Shown in pieces: positions 1 to 23,775 of a DNA stretch of 64,000 bases (position 1 is the stretch's first letter; each line of letters opens with the position of its first letter). The stretch comes from Lingula anatina (Eukaryota; Animalia; Brachiopoda): NCBI GenBank assembly GCA_051362555.1, contig CM120648.1, positions 1,527,721 to 1,591,720 of the forward strand. Reading direction: 5' to 3'. A program made the position numbers and the translations under genes. The notes under the pieces are model-generated. The model ran no database searches. It worked only from the letters and a program-made list of their open reading frames with translations, and was not told the origin of the DNA.

Positions 1-1189
1 CATACGAGATTCAAAATTCCATGAATAAATACATTGTCAACAACACATAGAAATATGATTAATTTCAATTTACCACCAAACCGACTAGGAATTATTCTGT
101 AACCTGTGCTTGCATCGGACCACGTGCCTTCAAAGGTGGCTTTCATCCGTAATAGTGTCTTAAGAGACTATTACATAAAAACTCTGATTTTCGGAATGGA
201 TTCATTATTCCAATGCTGGCGCCCCCTATCTTTATCTTTAATTCGATGTATAACCTCTACCTGGCCCCAGTTTCACTAAAAAAAACTTAAGTCAGTTCCC
301 TGGCTTAGTTGACTAGTAGTCTGGATGACTGGTGCTATATTTTGGCCAAATTGCTCAAAATGTGGAAAAAGCATGAAACTTGGCACAATTGTTCTTTGGT
401 CTATGCTGATCATTTTCAAGGGCAGTGCCCAAAATTTCCAAGCGTTGCTTAGCAACCGTTGCTATGGAAGTGAATTTCCTTAGTAACAAGCTAATTAGAC
501 CTTTCTTGTCCAGTTTAAAAAGTTTATAAATGCTAATAACTATGTTTCAGTGCATCAGAACTATCACTAGACTATTTTAAGGCAATTAAAACCCAAATTA
601 ACCTTAGCCACGATTGCTAGGCAGCATATTACCCTAGCAACAAGCATTTAAAGTTGCGTTAGTCTATTAAGTAAGGCAAATCTATAATACTAGCTAAGAA
701 CTACACTTTTGAGCAAGATGTTCATACTTTTAATCCAGTAAGTTGAACCAATTGTGTGTTTACACACATCCGATCAAATAAATTGCCAGTGCAGATACTT
801 AAGGCAGCATGTTCAAAATTAGTAACCAGCCATTTCCATGCTTTTATCACCTTACGACTCTTTATAAAACTTTGCAATAGTTAATAATAATAATAATAGT
901 TAATTCTCCCTTGTATGTGCAATATACAGTGCATTTTGCCCTTGCACATTGTCAGCCTCTACATCTGCACCTACATGCACACTGGAGCAACTCTGAACAG
1001 GTCAATAGCTTTTGGCAAATGTGTCCACTTAGGCCCACTGTTCTGCACAAGTCCAACCAGAGTGAGCACATGGTATCTGATGACATGGCACCGTAGTGCT
1101 GATTCAGATATGTTCATCTCGCAAGAATACTCTTATATATAGTAGAGCAGCCTTGGTGGAAGTAAGATATGGCATCTAACGGCCTTTGG

Positions 1190-3625
1190 GTGTGAACAGA
1201 AACTTTTGAACTTTATTGATTAACAAATAGAATTAAAATAGAACCATGCTGAACTGACAAAATACAATGTGAAAAAACTTTTTAGAAAATATTGAACAAA
1301 ATGAAAAAAAACTTGGAAATCTGGTCTCTGAGAAACCTTTCAATAATAGGAAAGTCAACAGTGGTTTAACCTTTAGTATTTCTCATCTTACGTAGGGCAT
1401 GTATAAACTCTCCTACCAGCCCCCCCCCCCTCCCTCAATACTTAAAATATGCATATCATACAGACTTGACATTTAATATGGAATATTTTTTTCGAAATAA
1501 TTTTTTATCAGTTTTTTCCTATTTTGCGGACTGATAAATGAAAATAAGGATTAAAATCGTGTTTTAATAACTTTAAATTATCTATTTGATGTCATTGTGA
1601 CATCAGTTCATTAATGGAATTCGCCAGAGAAACAAACAAAAACACATTGCCTATTCTATGTCATACGACTCCCATTAAAAGAGATATTTTGGATCTCCAT
1701 AGTTTCCAAATTATCGTCTGTAAAAGGGTAATACGCTCCACAAAAGACCCTCATGTCAGTTGCTAGTCACAGTAATGGTCGTTGTTACGCCTGGCCTCTT
1801 CGTGGCTGTTGCCAGCGCTCTCAAGCGGCAAGGCATTTCTTGAGGGTAGGTTTTTAGAGTTCAATCTGGAATAGCATTCTAGGCATCGGTCTGAAATTGT
1901 CCAATCTGGTCCAGTTTTGATGTAGGACATGTAGGCAGTTGATTGGTGAGTAATGGTCTACCGAAATATTGACTATGTGGTTCAAATATGGCGATTTTGA
2001 TGACCAGGGTAGCTGCTCATCCCCTTGGTTCTGTAAGTTATCTGCTATTAAAAGTGCTCTGTGTGAACCTGCAACCTCATCGTGCAACCTAGAATTGTTC
2101 CTAAGGTGCCCCCTATCAAATGATAGTCAAGTGGTTCCGAGATTATCCCTTTATTTGATCTGGTTCAGGTTTTCGTCGATGACTACCATTGGTGTTTTGG
2201 TACCAATGTGGAATCTACTCCAAATACTGACGCTGTCAATCACCCTTGTCACTTTAGACCCGGCATATGCTTCGTCGTAGGCCTCTTCTGGATATCTGTA
2301 AACTCTGTTTTGACTAATTGGGCGTTACAGGTGAAATCTGACCTCAATAAAGAGCCCACGCAGTTTCAGTGTTCTACCCAGAATCGTTCATGGCCCCCAA
2401 TTCATTAGAGAAACAGACGACGATGTTTTGCTGTATACAGTGGGTACCTCGGAGGTCATTAGGTGTTCTTACCTGCTAAAACCAGTTTGGTGTTCGCTAA
2501 GGGCTTTGAAAAACGCATTTTAGTGGCAATTTACCCCTCGTTCTGAACGGACTAAGTGTTTTTTGTTTAGTTGCAGCAGCGTATCCCGAAAGACAGTGGG
2601 TCCTGTACCCTGTAGGTAAAATTTTGATACATTGGGGGTGACCTCTGTGTAGGTACATCAGTCTGGGCATTACTCTATAAAACTGTGGGGACCGTTCCGT
2701 TTGGCGCTATGGTCTGTCTGGTGATGTCTGTCTTTTTCGCGCCATTCTGCCTTAGATTAACAAATTTGTAATGCACTTCTTGACTCATCTTACGCACTGC
2801 AAAACTGGCCGCTTGCATGCAAAATTTCAAATTTTTCTATGCAGTAGTTGCTGAAATATGGATACTTTTTTGACAGAACCAAGCTTTGCCTAAGCCAAGC
2901 TTTGATCAGCCCAAAGGAACACTACCCAATTAAATCACTGCAAATTACATAGTGTAGCAGCGCAACATGCATGAAAGTCAGTTAATTGGTAGTGACACAA
3001 ATGACTGCATACTTTTACATTCACAAATCTTATATGAAATCGGAGTTTTTTGAAAAAAGAACGTATTTTTACCTAGGTATACCTTCGAAACTTAAATATT
3101 CCATATTAAATGTCAAGTCTGTATTTAACTTTATCAGGAATGGAAAAAGATAAAAAATAAAATGAGCAAGGATGGCGTCTGATTACAAAAATGGACGGAA
3201 AAAGGTACAGCAAATAAAAATTTTTCCAAGGCCCTAAACTTTACATGGCTTAAGAGACTTCTTTATGAAGAAAATAAGAGTAAGTGGAGAGCGTTTTTCT
3301 TGGCAAAATGTCAGGAATCGGTAGTAACAAAAGGTGGATTAAAAATACTAAAAGCAACTTCTTATCCCTTTTGGCAAACATTATTGGTTCTTTGAGTGAA
3401 ATTCAGGAAAATTTCAATTTAACCCCAGATGAAATCTTATCACAACCATTATGTCAAAACTCAAAAATTGAAAAAAATTAAAAAAACTATTTTCCATAAA
3501 AGATGGTGTAAAAATGTTTTTGTTTTTTTTTACATCAATGATATTATTAATGACATTTGAACTCCCCTCTGTCTAGAGGAACTCAACAAAAAATCAACCT
3601 TAACACTAACTTTCTGGGCTAATTC
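1190..3625 (+). mobile_element. Tx1/L1-clade LINE ORF2 fragment (two pieces ~1190-1458 and ~3124-3625, split by the Tc1 insertion)
   Basis: Degenerate plus-strand translations WSLRNLSIIGKSTVV*PL (~1322-1375), NFSKALNFTWLKRLL (~3219-3263), PFWQTL, EILSQPLCQNSKI and TIFHKRWCKN follow the order of post-RT motifs of Tx1-like ORF2. Confidence 0.65.
1461..3121 (-). mobile_element. Tc1/mariner transposon with decayed transposase
   Basis: TIRs cagacttgacatttaatatggaatattt / aaatattccatattaaatgtcaagtctg, TA TSD (1459-60, 3122-23), 1.66 kb length. ORF 1854-2087(-) HDEVAGSH...LPWSSKSPYLNHIVNI resembles the Tc1 QHDNA.PH...WP..SPDLNPIE motif; VCFSNE near 2405-2420 resembles VLFSDE. Confidence 0.85.
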
Positions 3626-4306
3626 AGCATGTTAAATACTTGTTGCTAGGGTAATATGCTGCCTAGCAACTGTTGCAATGGTTTACTTGGGTTTTTAATG
3701 TCTTAAAATAGTATAGTGATAGTTCTGATGGTTTGAAACATTATTAAAAGCCTTTTTAAATCATTTAAACTGAACAAGCAAGGTCCAATTAGCTTGTTAC
3801 TAAGGTAAATCACTTCCTTAGCAACGGTTGCTAAGCAACGCTTTGAAATTTTGGGCACTGCCCTTGAAAATGATCAGCATAGTCCAAAGAACATTTGTGC
3901 CAAGTTTCATGCTTTTTCCACCTTTTGAGCAATTTTTGCACCAGTCATCTAGACTATAGGATTTCCATGAGAATGCTGTAACACTGCTCCTGATAGGGTA
4001 AGATGTGACCATGTGACCATGGTAATTATTTTATTGGCCAGGGAACCTGATTTAGTTTTTTTTTTTTGTGAAACCGAAGCCTGCCCTCTTATAATGGTTA
4101 TCTGGGTTATTTCAGACTGTATGGAAAGGAATAATGGACGCCAAGTATGACGAAAAGATTAACATTACATATTGGGCAATAAACTACACACGAGCTCAGA
4201 AGATGTTTCCTGAGTAAGTGGACATGTATTTTTTAAGATGCTTGGTCTTGCATTAATTCATTACTCAAGAAAATCGTTGTTGGCCGGTTCTCATGCCTTA
4301 ATTCTA

Positions 4307-4441
4307 CCCACTACCAGGGTGGCAGATTTTGTAGGGAAAAACGGGAAAATCCACATGACAAAGAGCCAAATGACTGTCTATTTATCTAGAGACATGTCTG
4401 TGAATATCTGTGAAAAATCAATCTGTCGCCCTGGTAGAGGG
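4307..4441. mobile_element. MITE (~135 bp)
   Basis: TIRs cccactaccagggtggcagatt / aatctgtcgccctggtagaggg flanked by TA on both sides. Confidence 0.65.
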
Positions 4442-5980
4442 TATCTTCAATTTCCGTATCAGAGTAGAGTGATCAAAGTATGGGGCCACTGTGCAATGAA
4501 GGTGTATTTACGCCTGGGCGATCGCTTAATTGTGCTATACCGGGAAAGCTACTGTAATTTGGTAGCTTTTATTAAAAGGGCTGCCCGGAACGTTCCTAGC
4601 TAGATGACTTCAGATGCTTTTATTTTCATTTTGTTTTACGCTTAGGTAACGTTTGACTTCACCTCTAACGTTACAGAGCACGAAGACAGCCAAAGCCAAA
4701 GCGGTTCACGCCTTGGCGATTTTAGTTTTGAGTAGTATTTGCTATTTCAAATGTCGACTGTGGAGTTGGTACTGTATGTGCAGATCTCTCTTTGAGAATA
4801 CAGAAGAAGAGATGGACATTTTTGCACCTTTATTCTCTTATTTGCTTGTAAAATTTAAAGAGTGCGGAGAGGGGGACAGACATCGGTAATCTATTTCTTT
4901 TTTACTTAGTGTGCGTGACAAATAACAGTTTGACGAATTTTAAAGTCTTAATATATTCTTTTTCTAGGACTGAACAAGATCTCAAACTGAAAATGCGTAC
5001 CACTGCCACGTAGAAAAGACAGCAGAGAGGTTAAAAAGTCCGCACTAGAAACTCAGAATCACGTCGACATTAGATGCCTTGTAATTTCTTAATAGATATC
5101 CGGCGCGTTTACTTCTTATTATTAACATATTAACAAAAACCTAACGTTAGCGGTTGCAGTTGTAGTATATAAAGTGTTACAGTGTATGCTACTACCCTTT
5201 CGAGAGATTTTCTTTAGGGGCCAATAAGACGCCCGAAAGGAAATTCTAAAAATCCTATATATGTTCCTGTAGCGGATCCTCCAATCGAAGCAAGATGAAG
5301 GAACTCTAAGTGGATAAGAGTACTGTACATTTACGCAGATCTATAAACGAAATCGGTGAATTCTAGAGAAAGAAAAATACGAAGTAGGCCTAAATATACG
5401 AAGGAATAAAAAATAAATGATACAACTATTCAAAAATGATGATGATAACAAATGGAGATTGATTTTTAATATTCACTGGCTAAATCCACGCGCTGTTATC
5501 TGACTGTTAAACCAATAGTTCGACTTTGCAACTGATCCCAGTAAGTCTTCAAATACAAGACACTCACACTAAAAGCGTATTCTATACATGAAACCCACTC
5601 CACTAGCTGCCCAGTAGCGAACAACTGGACTGGTACTGGTAATTTATTTTAAAAACGTGAAAGTGCTTGCTCATAAAGATGCAAGATATGTAATACATTA
5701 GTTAGCACTACGCCCACAGGTCTACAGAACTGGTTCATAATAATTTCTAAAACGTGTGAGCTTCATTAAAAATCAATGGCACAACGATAGCCCACAATAG
5801 AGAGACATTTTACGGCAAAATTAAACTTTACCATAGGCTTATAGTACTTTAAAAAGGAAAACTATACCTTTTTTCACTGATAAAATAAATGAAAAAGACC
5901 GCACAAAGCATGACTGACACCGTATTTATACGAACGATGGCGTTTTACTGACTATAGAATACATGGACACCGTTAACAAA

Positions 5981-6149
5981 ATAATGAGTGTTTTCACTCT
6001 CTCCTAACACAATCTGTTACTAAACATAAAACATTATATATATAATATATATAATATATACAATCTGTTACTAAACATAAAACATTATATATATAATGTT
6101 TTATGTTTAGTAACAGATTGTGTTAGGAGAGAGTGAAAACACTCATTAT
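5981..6149. repeat. Fold-back inverted duplication including a 62-bp perfect palindrome (6060-6121)
   Basis: 5981-6040 is the exact reverse complement of 6090-6149; 6061-6090 repeats part of the left arm; the centre is (TA)n. Confidence 0.9.
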
Positions 6150-7424
6150 ATATATATATATATATTGCTTTGTGGGAAACTGGTCCTATAAGGCATATAT
6201 CCTTAATAGGAATCCTACAGGACGTCCGATAGAATTCCTATATTGTTCTGAAGGATTTCTGACAATTTTTGCAAGGGTAAAATCTGTTAAACGGAATCTC
6301 TCCCCCCCCCCCAATTTTTCCAAGAAAATTCCTGGCTATAACCTTATTATTAACTACAATGACAATTATATTGAACAGCATGCTTTGCAACATACGTAGA
6401 TACCAGTATGGTAGAGATTAGTTGCGTTTAACCAGGTAACATACTGCAGTTATATATTCATAAGGGTACACATATATAAGTAGATCTACCTGTACATTCT
6501 CACGGTGAATCCACTACACTTAGCATACCGAGCTTTTTCCCGTACCGTCGCAGGCTCTATCGGTAATTATGATGAGTTGTTTCTTATTGCAAAACAGTCG
6601 CAATATTTAAAATATTGATTTATGTTGCGTCAAATTAGACTTAATATTTGGTGAAAGGAAAAAAATTAAAGGAAAATAAAAAGAAAAATAGCACTCCCGT
6701 TTTCCAGGTTTCATAAAATCTTATTTGGCTCAAAATTAAAATGCTAAACGTACGTTAACACCTCAATCAACTGCAAATTCACAGCCCCCCTCCCCCCTCC
6801 CCATTCTCCAGACAATAAATCTAAGAATTCAATAACAAGGTTACACTGTACACGTATGTTTATGAAGTGGCAATTTTCAATATTACTGATTAACACTACT
6901 GTGGGTTATTATGGAAGCAATATTCTACACCTATCATCTCGCTTATACACGCAGCTGGTTAGAATGATGAAAACGGAACTCGCGTGAGGAAAATGGAACT
7001 CGCGTATACTTGTCTATTCATCTTAGCCAACCTCTTTTTCCATCAGCCATTGTCACCTACAATGAGATGAAGAACGTAGACAAACCTAAGCGCTCAAGGT
7101 TTACTAGTATACTTGTAAGAATAGATGTTAAATAAAAATGTGGCAATATCTAAATGAATAAATATATATTTATATTTAAATTGCATAACATTCCCATTAC
7201 TACTACATTATTTTGGTTATAATACAAATACAAGAGAGCAACACCAATGATTCTTTTTTTTAATTCAAATATTAATAAAGTGACAAAACAAAATGATAAA
7301 TTATATTTAATCATATTCTGATCAAAATGCTGTGGCTTGCTTCTCAGATTTACAACACAAAAATAACAAAGCTGTCCTTAGATGCTCACTATTTACTTTC
7401 ACCATTTTATAATGGAAAAAATTA

Positions 7425-7677
7425 GGGACCATTCCCACAGATATTTGGATCGATCTATCTCCCTGTAGTCTCACTAAATATAAAATTGCTATCAAACTAA
7501 CCGGCTTTAACATCTGTCATGCCTAGTAAAACTGTTAGGGGGTAATTAATTTTACCCCTAGCTGATTCGGTAGGCGTGACAGACATTTAAGCCTCTTGAG
7601 CTGATAGCACTTTAGCGTGAACCCCCCAGGGAGTTAGGTCGATCCAGATGGATCGATCTAAGTATGGGAACCCAGTC
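7425..7677. mobile_element. Harbinger-type MITE, family D copy 1
   Basis: Imperfect TIRs gggaccattccc / gggaacccagtc, TTA TSD on both sides, internal gatcgatct and agacatttaagcc motifs shared with the copies at 46539, 48396 and 61763. Confidence 0.7.
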
Positions 7678-10226
7678 TTAGACATCTCATAATAGCAGTT
7701 TTACAAAATCCTTCAATGACCATCTCTTCATCACTGCATTGACTTCCTTCTCTATCTTCTCTATACTCCACCTCCTTCAATCTCTCCATCAATTCCAATA
7801 CAGATCTAATTAACACAGAGGCTTGATTTAAGCCCATTCTACAACATGGCAGTTTAATTAAAGAAGTCTCAACCTAATTTTCTCGAACTACTGTATCAGT
7901 GTACCTCAAATGGAATGGTTTCACACAAATCAGACACTCGTATACAACGTAAATGACAAAATAGCAGTTTGAGCATATAATGCACTGCATACGGATTTCA
8001 AACAACAAAAAATTATTTACATCAGCGAGCAATAACATTACAATGCTCCTGTCCTTTTCTTAATGTTCAACTTGATTTGGTCCTATGTTTTAAAACACTG
8101 CAATGCACAAGATAAGGTGTACAGAAATTTTCAGGTACAGCAAGCCATGAATATTAGTTAAACGGGTGGTTATATAATAATAATAATAATAATAATAATT
8201 ACATGCATATCTCATAATTCACTTTATTCTTGTCAGTTTCTATCTAAATTTTTATGTATTGCACTTAAGTTCCACACACTTTCTGTTTATGTTCAAATGA
8301 TACTTGCGACAATCTTATAATGTTACGTATACATATGCAGTAGGATACATATATACTCATTTACAGGGAATGTACAACTCAATCATTTTATTATTTCATC
8401 TTGATTGTCTTGATAATTTGTCAGCACAGCAATAATTTTAATATTTCACCTTCTATGTTAGAGTACTGTCAGTAAGACACTTCAATTCAATATTTTTAAA
8501 GCATGAACAACAGCAACTTCAAATGCCTGTTGAAAAACAAGACCAGATGCTGCTCAGAGCTTTGGGTGAAGATAACTTCTATGCAGTAGGATCTAGTTAA
8601 TAGCTATGTCTCCCCTGCCTTCATTCAACAAATACATTTTTTTCTTTTCTTTTTCTTTTTTTTTTTTTTGCATATTCACTTTTTTTTTTACATGTGTACA
8701 GTGCTTTGGTCTAAATACTAAAATATTAATGGTGACTATTGTGAAACGGTTGAGAGATTTCTATCCCAAGTTCAGTGATCAAATGGAAATTGTGGGGTGG
8801 TATATGTTCTAGCGATATTTGCTGGAATATCAGAGAGCCAAGTGACTTCATATACAGGTCTAACTGCATTAGAAAAAAATGAATAGATATATAAAACAAA
8901 AAAATCAATATTAAAAGCAAAAAGCATCTCTACCAAAGGAAAAACAAGAGATCATGGTCAGATCTGTGGTAAACAACCACATTTTGTTGCTTAGTAACAG
9001 CAAATACATAGAAAATTGGTGGGTATCGTATACATGTACTGATAGTCATTGTCTAAATTCATTCATGTTGGCCCATCATAATTTTTTAATCTCCCTGACA
9101 TGTTTCCCCCCTCTGTTAAATTTTATCTTTTCATATCTCAAGTGAGAAAATAAAGATTTCAGACTTACTCTCATGAAAAGCTTTGTGGGTTAAAGGAATC
9201 CTATTCCAGATTTTTCTATCAAATGATATTTTTCCCTTGAAATAAAAAGGTTATTTCCTCATACACAAGAGTCATTGCTTGACCCCTCCCTGCACCTGGA
9301 TTAAATGTTTACTACTATTTAATAAATATTGCAATTTTTTTTGACTGGCACTTTAACCACGTTTTCCTTTACTTTTCAGAAAATATCAACATCAGGAATC
9401 TTTATTGGAAAGATTTTGTCCTTTTTTAAGTCTTAATTGAGAAAGATCAGTAGCACTGCAGGATATGTAGACATAGAGATTATTACTTTGGGACATTATC
9501 ACACGTAAATAGTATACCTTAAATAATCTCAAAAAGAATGAAAATGAATTCTACTACTGGACACTTGCTGAGACCCTAGTACATACACCTTGTATCAGCA
9601 GATGTTGTTAGCTCCACTGCTTCATCTTTATCCCAGTCTTCATCAACCTTGGAAATCATACAATGTACCATCCGTAAGAATTAATTTTCATTCTTTACCT
9701 AATTAAAAGAACAACTACATGAATCAAAATATACACTCTGAAAACTTCCAAAAATTGCTGGAGAAGAACCATGTTACTAAGGGGGAATATACATGATGCC
9801 AATGGCTCAATCTTTTCAATGGGGAAAATTAATTTTACAGACACTCTATTTTTGAGTAATAAATTCTTAAAATTAGAACATGCCTTTGCCAGTGTGTGGT
9901 TGGAAAACAAAAAAAACAAAAAAACAAAAAAACAAAAAAAAAAAAAAAAAAAAGGCTACCCTATATTTCTATGGTATACAGTATGCGCACCACATATGCT
10001 ATATAGAAATACAATTTTTAATGGTTACAAAATTATGTCTATGAAAGACTGGTAATTTTCTACATTGAAAAGATCAAGTCATTGATTACCATACTATGGC
10101 ATGGTTCCAATGGAAAACACGGAATTGAGAGTCTCTAAGTGGACTTACAGTAGGAATCACATAAGCAGTCAAGGTAATTTGAAAGTTAACAGTCATTTAT
10201 GGCATATTTTCTGTTAAACTCTCAGC

Positions 10227-11165
10227 CTACAAAATCCCTTGATCCATCAACTGGTGGCATTCTGTGACAATCTCCCCTAAACGCTGGCGATACGGCCCAT
10301 CTTTCTGGAAAACAGCTGTTAGGAATTCTGGATCCCCGAAGAAAGCGACAACATGGTCAAGTCTGTCGTGGGATTTGGGAGTAAGGTGGTTGTTGATAAC
10401 AAGCTTGAGAATATCCCGACATTCACGTAGGTTGTTTGCCAACACTTGTGCATCAAAGGTCATCTTCCCTTCATACATTTTCACAAAAGTCCGAGCGGCC
10501 ACATGGAATTTCTCTCGGAAATTCTCTGCCTGGGATATCTCATCAGAATTGAACTGATTGTGGCGATAAAGAATTCCTATTTTAATAGGCATTTTGATCA
10601 TGTGTTTCACTAGTTTTTCGGCCTGTCCCTTGCTTCCACTGTAATCCTTGGCAATAGAGAAGAGCACATCTAAAAGATGGCCCGTCTGGTCATCAATGAA
10701 GATCTTAGCCACATCTTTCTTGGCAAGTTTTCCCGCCCATTTCTTTTGGATGCGGAGACCTAAGCTCTGAGCACGGAATTGTTGCTGGTCACCTGAAGCA
10801 GCACCATTCTCACTGGCACCCTCTGCAGAATCTTCTCCATTGGCAACATTTCCAGGCTCCTTTGGATTTCCTTCTGCCACTAAACAAACAAAAATTAATA
10901 TGATGTAATGTAATGTACATGTACTAATCACCAATAACTCCAATTGTGTACATTACAAGCTTTTAATTCTTAAAATGTTTGCTTCTTTGGTGGTATGAAT
11001 AAAAAAAAATACAAATAATGCAAGGCAGATGTGATTCATAGCAGTAGATATTATATCAAAACTAGAAGATTTGCATTAAGTTCTCCTGTTGGCAGGCTCT
11101 AACCATTCCCCCCTCATTATACCTAGTATAAAACATGATTCGTACACATAAAGTATTCACTTACT
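10227..11165 (-). CDS. TNFAIP8: TNFAIP8/TIPE-family protein, 217 aa (CDS = 11165 joined to 10879-10227)
   Basis: FRAQSLGLRIQKKWAGKLA, IKIGILYRHNQF and HLTPKSHDRLDHVVAFFGDPEFL match TNFAIP8-family (DUF758) motifs. Acceptor gtttgtttag at 10881-10880 opens with TG GCA GAA. The upstream exon 11223-11165 ends ...GAATA|gtaagt and supplies the A of ATG. The ORF-track N-terminus upstream of 10879 is intronic. Confidence 0.88.
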
Positions 11166-11223
11166 ATTCACAGTATCTTGTCCTAAAAGGCCCGGGTTGT
11201 TAAGCCGACTTTTCAGTGTAAAC
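11165..11223 (-). other. TNFAIP8: TNFAIP8 exon 2 (5'UTR plus first base of start codon)
   Basis: Acceptor tatgtattccag| and donor A|gtaagt; joining to 10879 gives AAT ATG G (A at -3, G at +4). Confidence 0.65.
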
Positions 11224-11330
11224 CTGGAATACATAAGGCATAAAAACTATTGCAAAAGTGGCATGAAAGCACTGAAAGTGATTAATATTCTAACATTCTA
11301 CACAAATGATAAATATATACAATACCACAT

Positions 11331-11502
11331 TGGGGTAGCGCTAGCAATTTTTTTTCACTTAGCCAAATCACCACATTTTTGTCAATTTCTTATCAAAATG
11401 GTTATAATTTGGCTAAAACAAGTCAAATCTAGCCCTTTTTCTTGAGCCAATTTAAGTCAGTTTTAGCATTTGGCTAAATTGGCGAGTGTTAGCGCCACCC
11501 CA
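11331..11502. mobile_element. MITE in TNFAIP8 intron
   Basis: TIRs tggggtagcgctagca / tgttagcgccacccca with degenerate flanking repeat accacat/gccacag. Confidence 0.55.
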
Positions 11503-11897
11503 GCCACAGGTGTGTACTACCAGTTAGTAATGGCACATGCATGTACCCTGGTACATGTATAAATAGAAAAATTAAGTTTCATGTACAAGAAAACAAAACA
11601 AGAGAAGACATTTAGCATAACGTATAACACACTGAAAGCTTTAGAAGGTTGTGTAAAATCTTTCGAGCTGACATCTATCGAGTGACAGTGACACACTGCC
11701 TGTGACAATGACATTGACATTGTGACAGTGACACGAATTTAACCACAGAACTCGTGATTTGTTATTGATTTTTTTTCCTCATAACCTGGCGAAATTAAAT
11801 CTATGACAGTCAGTCATCAAGCAAGCAAATGGTCCACTGTAGCGGTGTACTTTCAATCCAATTCAATACACAATAAATAATATCGTCAAACACTCAC

Positions 11898-12000
11898 CTG
11901 GTGGACACGGACTGGTTTAACAAGGAGACGTCTGGACAAGAGTTTCGATTTTTCACTTTTCCGAGTCGCTTAGGTCCATGTGGATTTATAGATTATTGAA
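11898..12000 (-). other. TNFAIP8: Probable TNFAIP8 non-coding exon 1 (5' end uncertain) with an 8-codon uORF MDLSDSEK* (11979-11953)
   Basis: Strong donor CAG|gtgagt at 11897; locally CpG-richer; no ATG in frame with the CDS. Confidence 0.55.
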
Positions 12001-12449
12001 ACTAATATTCCATAAGAATGATGTACGGAATATAAACATATAATTTTAAAAACTTGAAATGAATGACAATAAATATAATTTTTGGTTTTAAAGCGTGGTA
12101 ATGGCATAGTATTAAAACTTATAATTAATTATCTCATGCTATAAGGGGCATGTAGGTCTTTAAGATATGGAGGCAGGAAAGAACATATGATACTGCCTTG
12201 CTTTTGCAGAAACGGCATGACAGGTCAAAAAATGGCGGAAACGGTATCTCGGCCAAGAGAAAAAAATTAGCAAAAAGGTATCACAGGACAGTGAGTTTAA
12301 CTCGTAAAAATAAATAAATAAACAAATAAATAAATGGTGCAGGAATTAATTATTATTTTAATGATTATTAAAAGAATATTTACAATAATAATATTTATTT
12401 TGTAAAAACCGCATTCCACTTCTATATCTTAGTGCTGTTTACAAATAAA

Positions 12450-12511
<62 letters not shown>

Positions 12512-13084
12512 CAAACAACTGTGACTGCTTGCAAGTGTTTGTTAAATAATATTTTCGTGGAACCTACTACTCTGCACCATCTATTAGTAATTGTGTAAAC
12601 TAGTGATATTTCCCCTATAATCCTATGAAACAATTGTATTCAAACAAAAAAAATTACTATATAAAACATCCGTAATAAAACCAAATGAAACATATTGTTT
12701 TAGCTGTTCGAGGTGAGATTGCATAGAAAGGGTTATTTCTGGTGGTGATCTCACTGGCCTGTGATGCCATATTTCTCGTGGCCTGAGATGCCTTTTCCAC
12801 CATTTTGTAAAATGTCCTGCCCTTTTCTCAAAAAGTTGGCAAATCACCCCAGTGATATTGGTTGGGAATTTAATGTGTAATAATAAATTGGACTAACTTT
12901 AATGACGTAACACATAATTTTAAAAGGTGGGTGCATGTCACACCAAAAAGCGAATCTGCGGCCTCTTACTGACAAATAGCCTAATCAATGCGGAAGTAAG
13001 ATCGAAATAGAGGCATTTCCGGTTTCGCCATCGGGCTTCTTCTGAGGTCTAGAACGTTTCCTGGAGAGGAAAAAACAGCAAATT
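12000..13084. promoter_or_regulatory. Divergent (head-to-head) promoter region between TNFAIP8 and PTPN11
   Basis: YY1-like aaaatggcgg (12229-12238), CRE-like tgacgtaa (~12903), ETS-like cggaagt (~12990) and ttccgg (~13017) just upstream of the PTPN11 ATG. Motif matches only. Confidence 0.5.
12452..12511. repeat. (ATT)n microsatellite
   Basis: About 20 perfect ATT units. Confidence 0.95.
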
Positions 13085-23404
<10,320 letters not shown>

Positions 23405-23775
23405 CGTGGATACCATGTCACCATTGACATATATTATCAAAACACAACTTGATTGGTATGGAGCAAATAGATTTTATAATTGTCCTGGAGAAAATAATAT
23501 ATTTGTAACACACAAGGTGCGTTCATGCAAGGAAGACATGAACTGAGGGAAGTCATAACTCACGTCACCCAGATTAAAGGATTATGTAGAAGGCTCCATT
23601 GTACCTTTTAATATAAAATGCCATGTAATAAGCAGTCTGGAGGCCAGGTGAGGTCAGTTGGACTCTTTACGGTCTATATGTGTCCTGTTGTGAACACGCA
23701 CTGGATTTAATGGCCCTTGGTGCACACACAGCAGACATTTATTGAATAGACAATGTGTGACTGTAAGTAGCATTT

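Larger units (their letters stand above)
317..3956 (-). mobile_element. Academ DNA transposon, degenerate/internally deleted
   Basis: ~335-bp terminal inverted repeats (317-~652 vs ~3632-3956), TAG...CTA termini and a 3-bp TSD TAG (314-316, 3957-3959). Minus strand ~905-1180 reads, with frameshifts and stops, LTSTKAALLYIR...GW...W...ELLQCACRCRCRG*QCARAKCTVYCTYKG, matching the LPPT..AL..H..RA and Cys-rich C-terminus of Academ transposases. Confidence 0.75.
263..4081. mobile_element. Outer MITE (Harbinger-like termini) interrupted by nested elements
   Basis: ggccccagtttcactaaaaaaaacttaagtcagttccctggc (263-304) is an imperfect inverted repeat of gccagggaacctgatttagttttttttttttgtgaaaccgaagcc (4037-4081). 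Superfamily inferred only from the GGCC..TTTCAC-type termini. Confidence 0.45.

Noticed and set aside
10880-10943. Hydrophobic N-terminus MELLVISTCTLHYIILIFVCL of the 238-aa ORF, which looks like a signal peptide on TNFAIP8
   Set aside because: It starts at a TTG and translates the polypyrimidine tract and acceptor; it is intronic.
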